NCBI GenBank assembly: GCA_002633005.1
Contig: NMRA01000417.1
Span: 324,158 to 388,157 of the forward strand
Direction: 5' to 3'
Source: Phoronis australis
Lineage: Eukaryota; Animalia; Phoronida
Length of the DNA stretch: 64,000 nucleotides
The first letter of the stretch is position 1; each line of letters opens with the position of its first letter. The notes below the pieces were generated by a model. It ran no database searches and was not told where the DNA came from. It saw only the letters and a list, made by a program, of their open reading frames with translations. Position numbers and translations under genes: made by a program. Positions 63,101 through 64,000 of the stretch are shown one piece after another.

Positions 63101-64000
63101 TACCATCAAGCAGTGGCCCTAAAGTGACAATACATGACCTAATGCGACTTGGTAGAAAGGATCCTCGTTTCGCAATGAGAGTGCTCGTGCAGAAGATCGA
63201 GGCTAATCTTAAGAAAACATACGGAGTTCTTCGAGACTTTGGGGCTAAAGGCGTTATGTATAAAGCCTCCAAGCGAATAGGTACGTTGAAAGACGACTCG
63301 TACAAAAGAGCGAAGATGATAGTGGAAACGACGGTGCATAAAATCTGCAAAACCGTTGACGAAAGTGAAATTCTTAGAGGGGTGAATGAACATGTAAGAA
63401 AAGTATTGGACGAATTGAAATGTCTAATGTGCATTGACTTGATTTCACCTGACTCCGATATGACTGTACAAGCAAAAAAGTCAAAACAAAGGGAACGAGA
63501 ATGGAAAAAGAAATCGCGTCAGCTCCAGGAAAGTTTATCTATCAAACAGGAAGTTGCCCAAATTAAAGAATCGTTGATGTACATCGATACAGAGCTAGAC
63601 AATGCTAGGAAAATTGCAAACGACATTGCGTTTGCCCAAATCGAAACAAATAGATCTACCATGAGAAATTTGGATGAAGTGAAAAAGAACCTTGAGAACA
63701 TTGCATATAATTTACATACTCATGGCAGTAAAACTGATGTGAAAAGCATTAATGACGTCATTGAACATGCTAAAAAGGTGACTGAGGAAATAACGTCTGT
63801 GCATTGTCAAATGACTAAGGCCACAAGAAGTCATTTAGTTATTGTTCGTCAAAACTTAGACAATTTGGCAAAGAAAATCGTTAATAGAAACAACAACATG
63901 GCGGAATTTGACGAAAATCAACTTCAAAAGCAAAGCTGCCTTTGGTCCCTGCAATCATCGTCGCTAAGCCTGGCGAGAATCGTATGGGACGAAGGCCCTT
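57169..64000 (+). CDS. Giant-exon protein, >=2277 aa, runs off the window: 2 N-terminal hydrophobic segments, Lys-rich disordered region, helical C-terminal region
   Basis: Read codon by codon in frame 1 from gccATG at 57169 to 63999 with no stop; absent from the ORF track, probably because no stop lies in the window; acceptor ttttatttcag at 57080. Confidence 0.92.
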   Translation, partial: MTWLMNVTLCWCVLCNILLVSIVPFIIPWADIGGQQLVDFFGFKSLRHITLTSHLEINTELVLLGCIFNMSVFALNLIWEIIIRHTRRPTGQVYYDMQEFQMCCDKWKKEKAAKLAATKDQSLSLKQRMKQMAIASTTSLKNLSSGMKRKKDAIATSAIGKAMKSASKKLSSLSPSPKRKAYEAKQVLSASVSKVKSTLGKSQPTESFQKQTRAVDPSQAFPAKMAGTAKNAVDSVRGMFYCGKPQSIVQQTTKTAQAVRRVFQKLKDCLIPKRSGGAKQTQHLAAMESVKVAPKAVPDVMERKLDQWYESKFATPGLRSETLIEVKDKEPASDGLKSKALHHDPRQPLIPFVFPSKTEKKKTKGSRLKLSVSLMKLVLRDDQLKRLFSEIGEETDRFEKKSDKHYEWEFYRKRSGKKSKKGLHPLQMASSMQALVEHDRKMKGALDKISHYAEQREEKLSKQDASFWHLRRRSATKHNIEEDKKLMVSFLKSISKREDNEMVPITGVSAGETVASKKDISLPETKNAISEKTLAKTESKKSVKSSPEKNIPKSLTKIASGERVSKNKDKSGSDESKKSKKGKANKKDKNKNEEDKSNDKKKVKKLSSVKKAKKDNEKITDKTSSSGISKKNIGKSKSKENEIDKASVGGKKDKKVKDKKGKKDKSVVAKKGSAKGKKDNKKDKKKDKNKSANASNKNFNNPPSELEANLSAAMQDNNYGIFPTKHTHYSKNIPNVPSTEHALENSELGSPHKPNLDNTHCHENGGSLLSPHIISHSRAKLTHVNDLGLDQEEPGMKEGNTKRNDPVIKRIRKSKAKSDNDDSEKKKTDVRSIQEHSSHSKKLKPINRIKIQKKKRLSKWNQESSENQRELTRHKDKQAREVEMNASEQHYVTDDKLSLNQAARVDDLTKRRNSQILTDNFEIQMKLLENVHESKDEVKRHHHSHKPKKHKSRRKPGSKNIVSPNKNYNSSRHPSKDAGSTGGSTFGDGNDAEISKDKTFDFTYFDIKAYFEAIGVEARAIRLPRYVNALTVDDLSIKNAVNKEFIDNLMSIDHDVQRSVQKAIEEYNGKKKTTLSTCTGLVVEKMKSGRKSGLKEQTRKIAEDKSLKKSSSDKIKQTCSCCPFVKRNDGAKEDHASKVHDRKIDYKETKLENINKETGDAKEWDSKELPQHKKTTLSEIDDTHKKTRASKQQMNHESYTRIGQVKNLESKDEPTNQCYINTAGNANAAEKVSVNANNDPDDSHKESSSSSEKSLTDYDDAVPKKKKQKTIKKKIGSMIDSLKRRLSKGSRRKSSFDQTPIQVERGLDKAKIPSKHPRKGSKDKHKDNIGRSLKDPRNKKISLIVQPSESFRGYVTDEVKLRFQEFSVELSRRLLVLQDDQLQGRRYLRQGIGEPLPQRTSGRKSGQSSKDTTYLANLHKATDVSKVTLQSCETQENTFATILPTGIDSRKETKQKRSEQQTEALTIEIRRQVDQSKKKLLDPLLLPDYLPRTPRSSKMEPNLDTCLQNETSDGNEKNLKRHLLENNADNENFGEKRNGEIKMKTEDMTNQSLEQNVNADTVGGVELSKNENARDFSGYNLEEPTLMEKVSDIMQISLDSLSKMMLQQNANSTGTSKKQDRNESHEDLLENARAIIALSVCKIAEELSKMNDSGELKEMIKDSCIKVRVSQNALLVEDVAKAKASGNLSRHDYSSVQFEQVKDMVSKTVSGVALAMNVRKESVPVKYPISQEVCDVLDLTTQDLVSLMLLTISNTIANEAGTKGLYGTITYDDTREPMSRYMRAAVGLAKYSLQKIEDSMPQNIIPDKNKQQVYIPFDEKNEVYKVLKSLTSNVAQNFCSKPKNQIMSKSDTKLSKEVTQEIDLAAKDMVTVMLLQTSGVLSRMERSGELQVAVAQSMKSADKLNKLSDPSHLGKVLGVAQSSLGKIDGDLTSGMTIRVSKELADEHSVEQLRRKLAKHIVDSVMTQATSSLSMTIQVPSSSGPKVTIHDLMRLGRKDPRFAMRVLVQKIEANLKKTYGVLRDFGAKGVMYKASKRIGTLKDDSYKRAKMIVETTVHKICKTVDESEILRGVNEHVRKVLDELKCLMCIDLISPDSDMTVQAKKSKQREREWKKKSRQLQESLSIKQEVAQIKESLMYIDTELDNARKIANDIAFAQIETNRSTMRNLDEVKKNLENIAYNLHTHGSKTDVKSINDVIEHAKKVTEEITSVHCQMTKATRSHLVIVRQNLDNLAKKIVNRNNNMAEFDENQLQKQSCLWSLQSSSLSLARIVWDEGP

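Noticed and set aside
57301-63701. Many minus-strand hydrophobic ORFs (for example 58521-59318, 265 aa)
   Set aside because: Antisense shadows of the A-rich giant plus-strand ORF.

Overview
AT-rich, intron-rich, repeat-laden animal genomic DNA. A marine invertebrate, possibly a hemichordate or other invertebrate deuterostome, is my inference from repeat types and gene style. It is a draft assembly with N-gaps and allelic overlaps. Manual splicing of GT-AG exons with matching phases recovers three protein-coding genes that the ORF track mostly misses. (1) A 10-coding-exon minus-strand zona pellucida (ZP) module protein (CDS 19644->399, 422 aa): signal peptide, ZP-N, ZP-C, furin site REKR, TM helix and Cys-rich tail. 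An extra TM-encoding exon between ZP-N and ZP-C could yield a membrane-anchored ZP-N-only isoform. (2) A divergently oriented 3-exon Ly6/uPAR three-finger protein with 12 Cys (26571-32504, 137 aa). (3) An uninterrupted ORF of >=2277 codons (57169 to window end) with two N-terminal hydrophobic segments, a cylicin-like KKD-rich region and AKAP-like amphipathic helices, preceded by an RFX X-box-like site. The rest is transposon fossils (Kolobok-type, ISL2EU-type with THAP+YqaJ remnants, LINE ends, SINEs, MITE hairpins), tandem repeats and three haplotype-overlap duplications. All gene models are sequence-only predictions; no searches were run.
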